Shown here piece by piece: positions 8,650-17,393 of a stretch of DNA of 44,544 nucleotides. The translations under genes were made by a program, and so were the position numbers. The notes under the pieces are model-generated. The model made no database searches. It saw nothing but the letters and a program-made list of their open reading frames with translations, and was not told where the DNA came from. Position 1 is the first letter of the stretch, and every line of letters starts with the position of its first letter. Origin of the DNA: Candidatus Hermodarchaeota archaeon (GTDB lineage: Archaea; Asgardarchaeota; Thorarchaeia; Thorarchaeales; Thorarchaeaceae); NCBI GenBank assembly GCA_048885865.1, contig JBHLLF010000023.1, forward strand, positions 1 to 44,544, given 5' to 3'.

Positions 8650-9840
8650 ATGAAGCCTGTTGAGATTGTAAAGGGTGTCTATTGGGTTGGTGCAATTGAC
8701 TATGATGTACGAAACTTCCATGGATATAGCTATACCACTCATCATGGAACCACCTACAATGCTTACCTCATAGTTGGCAAGAAAGTCGCACTTGTTGACA
8801 CAGTTCTTGGTTCTTTCTCTGATGAGATGTTCTCGAGAATATCAAAGATCATCGATCCAGAGAAAATCGACTATATGGTTTCAAATCATACAGAGATGGA
8901 CCACTCTGGTGCTGTACCTGATGCACTGAAAATCATAAAAAACGCGAAGCTCATCTGTACCCCCAAAGCTGTTGATGAGCTCAAAAAACATTACACTGAT
9001 GGATGGGATATCCACACAGTAAAGACTGGGGACGAGATAGATCTCGGAGGAAAAACGCTCAGATTTTACGAGGCTCCCATGTTACATTGGCCGGAGTCTA
9101 TGTTCACCTACTATGTAGAAGAGGAAGTACTCCTGCCGAACGATGCCTTCGGGCAGCACTATGCCACTGACAAGCGATTTGCTGACGAAGTCGACCAGTA
9201 TACTCTTTGGAAAGAGGCTGAGAAGTACTATGCAAACATCCTATGGCCACTGAGTCGAATGGTACAACGGAAGATCGAAGAAGTGATTGAGCTAGGTCTG
9301 CCAATCAAAATCATCGCTCCCTCCCATGGGCTAATCTGGCGAAAGGATCCACTGCAAATTGCCACAAGGTACTTGGAGTGGGCCAAAGGAGAGCGATTGG
9401 AAGACAAAGTAGTGATTGCTTGGGACACAATGTGGCAAAGCACAACGAAACTAGCACGTGCAATTGCAGAAGGAATCAGTAGTCAAGGATTGACTCCCCT
9501 TCTGAAACTCATACCGCATAGCGATCGTAGTGATATAATGGCAGAGCTCCTAGAGGCAAGAGGGATAATTGTAGGAAGCTCTACCCTTCACAATGATATT
9601 CTGCCTACTGTGGCTCCGATTCTCTCAGATTTTGAGGTATTGAAACCCAGAGGAAAGAAGGCAGCTGCATTTGGGTCCTTCGGATGGGCAGGTGGTGCCG
9701 TGAATAGAATCCAAGAAGCAATGGAAAAAGGAAAGATGGAACTTGTAATGGACCCTTTCACTGTGAAATGGGTACCTACAGAAGCGGAACTTGATCAGGC
9801 ATTCCAATATGGAGTGGATTTCGCGAAGAAGGTGAAATAG
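8650..9840 (+). CDS. fprA: Flavodiiron protein (FprA/ROO type; O2/NO reductase)
   Basis: GTTYNAYLI, NHTEMDHSG, PMLHWPES, NDAFGQH, PSHG diiron motifs plus C-terminal flavodoxin domain. Confidence 0.93.
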   Translation: MKPVEIVKGVYWVGAIDYDVRNFHGYSYTTHHGTTYNAYLIVGKKVALVDTVLGSFSDEMFSRISKIIDPEKIDYMVSNHTEMDHSGAVPDALKIIKNAKLICTPKAVDELKKHYTDGWDIHTVKTGDEIDLGGKTLRFYEAPMLHWPESMFTYYVEEEVLLPNDAFGQHYATDKRFADEVDQYTLWKEAEKYYANILWPLSRMVQRKIEEVIELGLPIKIIAPSHGLIWRKDPLQIATRYLEWAKGERLEDKVVIAWDTMWQSTTKLARAIAEGISSQGLTPLLKLIPHSDRSDIMAELLEARGIIVGSSTLHNDILPTVAPILSDFEVLKPRGKKAAAFGSFGWAGGAVNRIQEAMEKGKMELVMDPFTVKWVPTEAELDQAFQYGVDFAKKVK

Positions 9841-9843
9841 AAC

Positions 9844-10779
9844 TTGACTGATACAGAAATGGAATATGATGTTTCTATTGTTGGAGGAGGTCCTGCAGGA
9901 CTGTCTGCAGGAATCATAGCTGCATACAAGGGTCTCAAGACAATTGTCTTTGAGGGTGGTACTTGGGGCGGTCTTTTGTCCACAATCTACCCGTATAAAC
10001 ACGTGTTTAACTACCCTGGCACACCGAGAGTATTAGCCACGCATCTGGTCGCCGAATGGGTTCGCCAAGCCGCGGATTTAGGAGTTCTCCTTGTCAAAGA
10101 ACGTGTTACCGAGATTACCAAGGATCGTAATATAGTCACAACTGAGAGTGAATACAAATCGAAAGTTGTGATCATCGCAACTGGTATGCGTCCAAACATT
10201 TTGGGAATCCCTGGCGAGATTGAATTCTCTAGAAAGGGCCGGGGTGTGTTTCCGTATTTGTCAGACCCCGAACTCTTTCGTGATAAGAAGGTGTTAATCA
10301 TAGGGGGTGGTGATACAGCACTGGATGCTGTTGTAGATGCACACAAAGTGACTGATGAGATTTGGATTGCACACAGAAAAGATGAGTTTAGGGCGGCGGA
10401 AACAACAGTTGATAAGATTCTGACTGAGAAGATGGCTGAGGTTCTCTATAACACTGAACTTCAGGAGATTAGAGGCGACTCAGAAGTTGAAGAAGTCACC
10501 CTTCTCAATAATCAGACTGGAAAGAAGTATGACATGGCTATAGATCGCGTCATAATCGCCGTTGGTCTAGTCCCGAACACAGAGGTGTTTGAACATTTAG
10601 GTCTGAAAATGAATGGCCGCTATGTCGTCGTTGATCATGAAATGAGAACAAGTGTAGAGGGCATTTTTGCTGCCGGAGATATCATATCAGTATACCAGTT
10701 AGCCTCTGTTGCTGCAGCCCAAGGAGCGCTAGCCGCTCATAATGCCTACAAATACATCCGAAAACCATACTGGTCATAG
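9844..10779 (+). CDS. TrxB-fold NAD(P)/FAD oxidoreductase lacking CxxC (FNR-like)
   Basis: GGGPAG, GGGDTA, TSVEGIFAAGD; GRGVFPYLSD where TrxR has GVSYCxxCD. Confidence 0.85.
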   Translation: MTDTEMEYDVSIVGGGPAGLSAGIIAAYKGLKTIVFEGGTWGGLLSTIYPYKHVFNYPGTPRVLATHLVAEWVRQAADLGVLLVKERVTEITKDRNIVTTESEYKSKVVIIATGMRPNILGIPGEIEFSRKGRGVFPYLSDPELFRDKKVLIIGGGDTALDAVVDAHKVTDEIWIAHRKDEFRAAETTVDKILTEKMAEVLYNTELQEIRGDSEVEEVTLLNNQTGKKYDMAIDRVIIAVGLVPNTEVFEHLGLKMNGRYVVVDHEMRTSVEGIFAAGDIISVYQLASVAAAQGALAAHNAYKYIRKPYWS

Positions 10780-10892
10780 CTCACACGAAATTCAATTCGG
10801 AGTAAATGACTGCCTCAAGACTCTCAAGTCAATTCTTGAGTCCGTATGCTAAAGAATATCTCAGGAATAGTAAGGGCCTTCAATGGCAATAA

Positions 10893-11996
10893 TCACTCTA
10901 CCAACTCATCCAACCAAGCTGAGGTCTTGTCGACTTTTCGGGTGAAGATTCTACCCTGATCACTGGAATTCTTTGCCTGATGGTACTTGAAGAGAAACTT
11001 CCCGTCAAGTATTCCCAGAATCTCAATTTTGCCAGTGTGGTGGGACATTATGTAGCGGAACCGTTTGCTATGACCATTGAGAAGTCCCTTTGCTTCTTCA
11101 ACAATCCGATACCCATCGTAGAGGGGGACTTGGAAGGTCTTCTTCACTCTAGCAACAGGACGGCACTGAAACACATAGTATGGGTTCACCCCAATACCAA
11201 CAAGCCCGTTCTGAAGAGCAGCCAATACGACTGGGTCGTCGTTCACTCCCTTCAGGAGGACCGTCTGGTTATTTACAATCACACCAGCTGACATCAACCT
11301 GTCAATTGCAGCTATAGATTCTTCAGTTATTTCCCTTGGATGGTTGAACTGTGTTACTAGGAATAATCTTCTAAATGCCTTCGAGTGGTTTCTCAGGACT
11401 TCTAATAGTTCATCATCATGAAGAATACGCATAGGATACGTTACGGGGATGCGCGAACCAAACCTAATGAAGTCTAAATGAGGGACGTTTGATAGCACCT
11501 CAAGTAGATTGCCTATCCGGGAAGTGCTTAGAGTGAAAGGGTCCCCGCCAGTGATGAGTACATTATTAATCTCTTCATGATTCCTGATGTACTCCGTAGC
11601 TGCATCCACATCTCGTAGAATCTCTTGACTTGGCAGTCCGACAAGTCTCTTTCTAAAGCAATGTCGACAGTACATTGCACACTCAGCGGTGGCAAGAATC
11701 AAAGCAGTCTGTTTGTATTTATGTTGCAAGCCAGGTAGAATCGTGTTGGAAAGTTCTCCGCTAGTGTCGTATGAACCTTCCACAATTGATTCGGTACTAC
11801 TCGGAAGAGCCATTCTCCTTATTGGATCCTCTGGGTCTTGTTCATCTATTAGGGAGAGATAATACTCAGGAACACGAATTGGATGCATCTCACTCAAACG
11901 ATTGAGAATTCTTTCCTCTGGCTCAGTAAGGTCTAGGATTTCTCCAATCTCATCGACTGAGGTGATTAACTCATCTCCGTCTAGAGCATGACTCAA
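10893..11996 (-). CDS. KamA-family radical SAM protein (lysine 2,3-aminomutase-like)
   Basis: GLQHKY, CAMYCRHCFRKR, ITGGDP, QFNHPRE, NQTVLLKGVND; TTG start overlaps upstream TGA. Confidence 0.9.
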   Translation of the reverse strand: MSHALDGDELITSVDEIGEILDLTEPEERILNRLSEMHPIRVPEYYLSLIDEQDPEDPIRRMALPSSTESIVEGSYDTSGELSNTILPGLQHKYKQTALILATAECAMYCRHCFRKRLVGLPSQEILRDVDAATEYIRNHEEINNVLITGGDPFTLSTSRIGNLLEVLSNVPHLDFIRFGSRIPVTYPMRILHDDELLEVLRNHSKAFRRLFLVTQFNHPREITEESIAAIDRLMSAGVIVNNQTVLLKGVNDDPVVLAALQNGLVGIGVNPYYVFQCRPVARVKKTFQVPLYDGYRIVEEAKGLLNGHSKRFRYIMSHHTGKIEILGILDGKFLFKYHQAKNSSDQGRIFTRKVDKTSAWLDELVE

Positions 11997-12202
11997 GAAC
12001 CCACGCCCTGACTATTCTCTTTGGCTGGTTCTGTGGACATCCTTGAGATAATTGCCATTCTCCGTTCGATATCATACCATTCACTGATTGGGATCCTGGC
12101 TGCCAACCTTTTCCTATCGTCCACAACTGGCGTATCCTCTTTGTCTTGTTTATTCTCTCTCATTTCCTTTTTCATCTCTTTTGCAGGAATAATCGACATC
12201 AC
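11993..12202 (-). CDS. Small upstream peptide, copy C (PISEWYDIERRMAIISRMS)
   Basis: Paralog at 16344-16499; stop overlaps the kamA-like start (TTGA). Confidence 0.75.
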   Translation of the reverse strand: MMSIIPAKEMKKEMRENKQDKEDTPVVDDRKRLAARIPISEWYDIERRMAIISRMSTEPAKENSQGVGS

Positions 12203-12360
12203 TTGATTAATCAGAAGAGGTTCGTTCCATCGATTCTACAAGTTCCATGCGTTTCCATATTATAGGAAATTCACACTAGGCGGTTTTGCCTAACCTGCCA
12301 AAGGTTATTCCTACTTTTCTTCAGCTATTACACGAAGAGCTACGCGACTGCTTAAAACTC
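12203..12360 (-). promoter_or_regulatory. Promoter plus long 5' leader, copy C (more divergent)
   Basis: Minus strand ttttaagca TATA, aagtag-gaataa block, aagtga before start; hairpins taggc/gccta and ttcc/ggaa. Confidence 0.45.
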
Positions 12361-12565
12361 TTTGCCCTTTATAAAGCCTTAAAAGGAAAAATGGAATTTT
12401 ATACGACCCTTTTCCCCTTTTAAAGGACTATCCTGAGATTTATATATCTTTCATCACACATTTCGATTAAGTGTTGGGTCAAAGAATGGTATTTTCTATG
12501 CGAAATAGTATTGGAGAACACGCCACGTTGTTAATTTCCTGTAAAATCCACTTTGTACAACCAAT

Positions 12566-13111
12566 GTGATGCAAATGAATTCTGAAACAGAATCTTCGGA
12601 AGCAAAATCTGAAACAAGTAATGAAGTAAAAATCGCTGAACTGGAAACTAGAATGAGCAATATTGACACTAGTTTCAAGGTACTAGAAAAGGGCGATGTA
12701 CGTGAAGTAACATCCAGACGAGATGGGAGCATCAATCGAGTAGCCAGTGCAATTGTAGGGGACGAAACCGGAATTGTGACTCTTCCATTATGGAATGACA
12801 TGATAGAAGCAATCGAAGCTGGCAAAACCTATGTCTTGAAGAATGCACATACTGGTCTCTTTCGAGGAAATCTCAGACTGAAAATTAGTCGAGATAGTGA
12901 AATCAGCGAGAGAGAGGAAGAGATCACTGAAGTCAAAATGGACAATGACCTGTCCGAGGTTGATCATGGCAGACCACGGCGTCACTACTATCAAGGATCT
13001 TCCGGTCGATCTTATGGGTCCGACCGTGGTAGATATGGTGGTGGAGGCTATAGAGGCTATTCATCCCGAAACAGAAGGGACTATCGTCGCCGAAGGAGAC
13101 CAAGATACTAG
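12566..13111 (+). CDS. ssb: Single OB-fold ssDNA-binding protein (crenarchaeal SSB-like) with R/G/Y/S-rich tail
   Basis: AIVGDETGxVxLxLW and KNAxTxxFRGxLxL motifs; low-complexity basic C-terminus. Confidence 0.85.
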   Translation: MMQMNSETESSEAKSETSNEVKIAELETRMSNIDTSFKVLEKGDVREVTSRRDGSINRVASAIVGDETGIVTLPLWNDMIEAIEAGKTYVLKNAHTGLFRGNLRLKISRDSEISEREEEITEVKMDNDLSEVDHGRPRRHYYQGSSGRSYGSDRGRYGGGGYRGYSSRNRRDYRRRRRPRY

Positions 13112-13206
13112 CTGCCTATCAGATGAATACACCAAAACGTGATTGTAGCAGCGGTCCGTTAAAGCCAATAGCCGCAGAATACAATACAGTCTAGGTTAGT
13201 TTACAA

Positions 13207-13701
13207 TTGACAGGACCAACTAGAGAGATAGCAGTGGCAATTATAGGTGAGCCACAAGTGGGCAAAACGCAGCTTATCCAACTATTGAACGATGATGCTG
13301 AGAGTAGTGGTATAACAACCAAACTGAAATCCAAGGACTTCGTCTTTACATTTTGGGAGCTTCAGACATCAAGCTCTGCACCTGAAAAACTGGAGATATT
13401 TGCACGGTCCTTCATTCAGAATAGCAGACCATTTCATCGTTATCTATTAATCGTCACTGATAGCACAAGCGAGGACGTGAACCGAATCAAATACTCCTTG
13501 AGGTTTCTTCGAGAGTCATTTCCAGACACGCGATTTTCTATTGTGGCAAATAAGCAGGATTTGGATGGGTCTCTAAATAAATCCCGCATAGAAACGATGA
13601 CAAATCTGCCCACTCTAGAGATTTCAGCAATGAATCCTGAGAATCGCATCAGACTCGTAAATTTCCTTTCATATCTGATCGAATCAGATACAGGACTCTA
13701 G
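13207..13701 (+). CDS. Small Ras-like GTPase-fold protein with degenerate G3
   Basis: G1 GEPQVGKT, G4 NKQD, G5 EISA; FWELQT in place of WDxxG. Confidence 0.75.
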   Translation: MTGPTREIAVAIIGEPQVGKTQLIQLLNDDAESSGITTKLKSKDFVFTFWELQTSSSAPEKLEIFARSFIQNSRPFHRYLLIVTDSTSEDVNRIKYSLRFLRESFPDTRFSIVANKQDLDGSLNKSRIETMTNLPTLEISAMNPENRIRLVNFLSYLIESDTGL

Positions 13702-13901
13702 GACTCTAACCTATTCAGCTATGGAAATGCTCCTTGAATGCAACCCATTTCTCCCCATTTTCATCGCTGCGCTCGAATGCGTTGTGAACACCTTCGGTGT
13801 CGTAGACATAGAAAACAATCTGTCAGCAAAATAACAGACCAAGTTGGTGACATGACACCTGTCGTGTCCCTCCCATCTTTGCTCAAGGATAGATTCTGAC
13901 C

Positions 13902-14843
13902 TTATGACTGCCAAATCACAATCCCGAGCAGCGCTATACTGAAGAACATACCCAATGCGTACGAGAGGTCGAAGTAGATTAACAGGTCGGCTAGATTGAC
14001 GAAGAGGAATAGGTATGTTGTGCTAAAGAAAACCACAAGCACAATGATTGTGAGCAGTGTCTTTTCAAAGCCTGAAAATGGTTTGTAGCTAAGAGAGAAG
14101 ATACGAAACCATAACATCACACTGAGGAGGCCAAGGGGTGGAACGAGCATTAAGATTAATGCTATAGGCCATAGGAGAAACACACTGAGAATTGCTCTGA
14201 TCTCATTCATTGTTTCACGGTATCTCTCGAACTCCGCGGAATAGACTCTTCCATAGTCCCTCCAAACGTAGGACTGATATCCCTTCCAAAGGGAAAATCT
14301 CAGATTACCGATTCTCCCACCAATACTTTCCAAGATACTCTTCCCAGTCTTAGGATTGTATATTCCCAGAGAGAGTGGTATAATGTAGACAAAGAGCATC
14401 AATGACCATATCCCATAGACCGCAGCCAAGTTTTCCAGGAATGTTAGACTTCGTGATAATACAACAGCATTCGCAAAGGTGTAGATTGCATAGCCAAGGA
14501 CCGCAAGTATTGGAAGCATCAGCACCGTCTTTAGAACAGTGAAACGCCTCCTATTTCCTCTCATTTGAATTGCTAGTACTCGAAATAGCAGGGAACAAAC
14601 TGACGCATAAGTCAGCATCACTCCAAATCCGCTGAGGAATTTCATACTAACGCCTGATACTGAAAGAAGCCAAATTGCTGAATCATTCACATATAGCGCT
14701 TGAAGATCAAAGCCACCATAAAACAACATGATTACAAAGATTATCAATCCAAAAACGAATGCTATAAGATAGCCTCTATAGTGATTCGCAAGTTCCTTAC
14801 TGAATTGTCTAATCAAGGTGGACATGAACCTCTTTCCATTCAT
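13902..14843 (-). CDS. Polytopic membrane protein, unknown function
   Basis: About 8 hydrophobic segments; starts 24 nt after the tfb stop. Confidence 0.75.
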   Translation of the reverse strand: MNGKRFMSTLIRQFSKELANHYRGYLIAFVFGLIIFVIMLFYGGFDLQALYVNDSAIWLLSVSGVSMKFLSGFGVMLTYASVCSLLFRVLAIQMRGNRRRFTVLKTVLMLPILAVLGYAIYTFANAVVLSRSLTFLENLAAVYGIWSLMLFVYIIPLSLGIYNPKTGKSILESIGGRIGNLRFSLWKGYQSYVWRDYGRVYSAEFERYRETMNEIRAILSVFLLWPIALILMLVPPLGLLSVMLWFRIFSLSYKPFSGFEKTLLTIIVLVVFFSTTYLFLFVNLADLLIYFDLSYALGMFFSIALLGIVIWQS

Positions 14844-14867
14844 TAGAAGTCCTATTCATCTCTCCAA

Positions 14868-15818
14868 CTACGAATCAGTATCGAAAGAAATTCCAAGAGA
14901 ACGAACAAGTTCCTTGTATCTGTTTCGAATCGTTACCTCTGTGACGCGTGAAGCTTTGGCTATCTCGCGCTGTGTACGCTTGTCCTCCTCAAGTATGCCG
15001 GCTATATACAGAGCAGCCCCTGCAATTCCACCAGGGTCCTTTCCTATAGTTATTCGACTCTCCTTAGCCCTTCTGACTATCTCAGTGGCTTTTCTCATGG
15101 TTCTTCCTTCAAGACCAAGATCAGAGGAAAGTCTTGGTATGAGGTCCTTCGCTGAAGCAAGTGGCACATTGACATTAACTTGATAGATGACCAACCGTAC
15201 AGCTTGACCCATCTGTTTTCTATCTATCTTTGCCTCAGCCACAACCTCATCCAGTCGTCTAGGAATCCGGTGAATCCGACAAGCAAGATAGATCGATGCT
15301 GCAACAACGGCCTCAATGCTTCTTCCTCTGACCAATCGCTTTGCCAGAGCTTTTCTGTATATGAGAGCCGCAGTTTCTCTGGCTTCGCTTGGAATCCCAA
15401 GTTGTGAGGAGAGCCTCTCCATCTCGCTCATTGCAATACCAAGATTCCTAAGTTGAGAGCTATGTACCCTCGTTCTGATATGCCACTTTCGTATTCTGTA
15501 TATTGCAGCACGCGTACTACTTTTCAGTGCTCTGCCACTCGCATCCTTGTTCCGCCAGTCAATTGTTGTTGAAAGGCCTTTGTCAGCCATGCTGAGTCTC
15601 ATTGGAGCACCCGTTCTCGCTTTTGCATCTCTCTCTTCTGCTGTGAAGGCTCTCCATTCAGGGCCTCTATCTGCAGAACGTTCTGATACAACCAGCCCAC
15701 ATGACGTACAGATACGTTCTGCACGAGCATAGTCCTTTGTGAATGAAGTTTCTCCACAACCTAAGCATGTTTCTGACTTATCTAAACGAGTCCTCTTTCC
15801 TCTAGCTGAATTCGCCAT
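14868..15818 (-). CDS. tfb: Transcription initiation factor B, paralog A
   Basis: CxxC...CxxC Zn ribbon, GPEWRAF B-reader, two cyclin repeats, TQREIA...VTEVTIRNRYKEL HTH. Confidence 0.96.
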   Translation of the reverse strand: MANSARGKRTRLDKSETCLGCGETSFTKDYARAERICTSCGLVVSERSADRGPEWRAFTAEERDAKARTGAPMRLSMADKGLSTTIDWRNKDASGRALKSSTRAAIYRIRKWHIRTRVHSSQLRNLGIAMSEMERLSSQLGIPSEARETAALIYRKALAKRLVRGRSIEAVVAASIYLACRIHRIPRRLDEVVAEAKIDRKQMGQAVRLVIYQVNVNVPLASAKDLIPRLSSDLGLEGRTMRKATEIVRRAKESRITIGKDPGGIAGAALYIAGILEEDKRTQREIAKASRVTEVTIRNRYKELVRSLGISFDTDS

Positions 15819-15830
15819 TTCCGTCTACTC

Positions 15831-16343
15831 CTAACGACCGCTCGTCAACTGAAAGCTGTCAATCAGTTTCTTGAAGACGGGATTCTCTGAAATTCTGACC
15901 TGCTTTCCGCTTCCATTGGACCCTATATACAAGCCAAACATCACAAGCAGCCCATAGGGGCCCCCATCAGGAGATGGGATTATGATGGCTAGCCACTTCT
16001 TTCGTGATAACCCATGTCCAGCCACAAACTCACGCGCTCTGCGATCTATCTCTCCGATTCCAATTGTGAGAGTCTTTCCCATCTTCACCGAAGGTCCAAT
16101 TTCTATGCCGAATTCACGAATAAGATTCATCAGTGTATTATGATTGTGCGTTCCACTTCTATATGACCTAACAACAAACTCTAACGACCCTCTTGGTGGT
16201 CTCAATAATCTGAGATAGCAGTTGGACTCAGGAAACTTCGTAACTGTCATGGCAGTTTCTGAATAATCCACTGAGAATCCAATTGGCGGCAGCTTCTGAT
16301 TCCAAGCTTCCGAAGGTGTAGAATGAACCATATTGATGTTCAT
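15831..16343 (-). CDS. Hypothetical protein (170 aa)
   Basis: ATG directly follows the TAG of the upstream peptide; ends 12 nt before tfb. Confidence 0.7.
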   Translation of the reverse strand: MNINMVHSTPSEAWNQKLPPIGFSVDYSETAMTVTKFPESNCYLRLLRPPRGSLEFVVRSYRSGTHNHNTLMNLIREFGIEIGPSVKMGKTLTIGIGEIDRRAREFVAGHGLSRKKWLAIIIPSPDGGPYGLLVMFGLYIGSNGSGKQVRISENPVFKKLIDSFQLTSGR

Positions 16344-16499
16344 CTACAAATTCTCCTCTTCGTCGCTTTCATTTCGAGGAGAGTCTGTGGTTTCGAAGTA
16401 GGGTCTGTCTGCAGACATTCTTGCCACTATGGCCATTCTTCTTTCAATATCAAACCATTCTGTAATTGGTAATCCGGCGTTTAGTCCTTCTTCTGTCAT
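16344..16499 (-). CDS. Small upstream peptide, copy A (51 aa; not in ORF track)
   Basis: Hand translation MTEEGLNAGLPITEWFDIERRMAIVARMSADRPYFETTDSPRNESDEEENL; 17/24 identical core with 11993-12202. Confidence 0.8.
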   Translation of the reverse strand: MTEEGLNAGLPITEWFDIERRMAIVARMSADRPYFETTDSPRNESDEEENL

Positions 16500-16661
16500 T
16501 ATTGTTCACTTCAATTACGGCTCAGAGCCAAAGTAGGACATTTCGGGATTCATAGAATGAATGCAAAATAACCGCGCAATTGGTTACTACAAGCATACAA
16601 CCGAACTTATTCTCTACTTATTCTCTCAATCATCACTAGCTATCAAGCCGTGCTTATAAAA
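16500..16661 (-). promoter_or_regulatory. Promoter plus structured 5' leader, copy A
   Basis: ttttataagcac TATA; blocks taagtagagaata, ttcggttgtat, gaatcccgaaatgtcct shared with 18384-18553. Confidence 0.7.
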
Positions 16662-16776
16662 GTGCGCTCTTTTGCTTTATAGAGAAGAAACTGCCCCTAT
16701 TATTGTCATTTTTCTGACTGTAAGGCATATTAGGATTATTTCAGAAGTCATATTCTTCTGAGTTTCTGGACAATTA

Positions 16777-16803
16777 CCGGTTCAAATCCGGCCGTCCCGA
16801 CCA
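16777..16803 (+). repeat. tRNA-Tyr 3' end direct repeat (att-like)
   Basis: ccggttcaaatccggccgtcccgacca, 27/27 identical to 5382-5408. Confidence 0.92.
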
Positions 16804-17393
16804 ATCTTAGTTTTCCTGTCCAAACGCAGAGTCTGTCAGTTGTTAATGTAGTGCGTTATTGGTTACGCATACTTCTGTAAAATGCATTGCAATTGCATTT
16901 CTTGCATTCACTTTCGAAATCATCATGATTTTCGCGATTGTGTCCGCATGTACATAGATCGAAAGAACTGGTACTCATTTCTTCACCCCTGTAGGTTTAT
17001 GATGAGAAAGAAAGATTTCGTTATCCTTTCCATCACTTTCTTTATCGGCTAATTTTCCCAACTTTGTCTGTTGTAGCATTTCCAATATTCTATGAGGTCC
17101 ATATCCACTCTTTACTCGGGTTCTTCGATATCCAATCTTGGAATTGATTTTCATTTTCTCCATTCTTAATATCCTGCTATTATGAGAACAATCTATCTCA
17201 CAAACTGAGCCTGCGATTTCCGAAAAAACAGACACTCCAAATACCAGAGAAACGGGTCTGGTTTCAAGACATTCTTTGTTAACCTGTCTCTTTCATTCTC
17301 ACTTTCTGCAATGAGGCACCCTCTTGAGGGTTAATAAACTTGGGCATTTGCGAATATCAGTCAATACTCTCAGGAAGTTGGCAAACTTCATAG

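Larger units (their letters stand above)
8573..16803. mobile_element. tRNA-Tyr island 2 (no integrase seen)
   Basis: Bounded by tRNA-Tyr fragments at 8524-8572 and 16777-16803. Confidence 0.6.

Noticed and set aside
12250-12300. ggcaaaacc and gtg..aatttcc...ggaaa resembling c-di-GMP-I or SAM-I fragments
   Set aside because: The other required consensus elements are missing
13711-13914. 67-aa ORF after the membrane protein
   Set aside because: No family signal; may be a decayed remnant
16975-17235. 86-aa minus-strand ORF downstream of tfb B
   Set aside because: No recognisable motif and uncertain start; cannot support it as a gene
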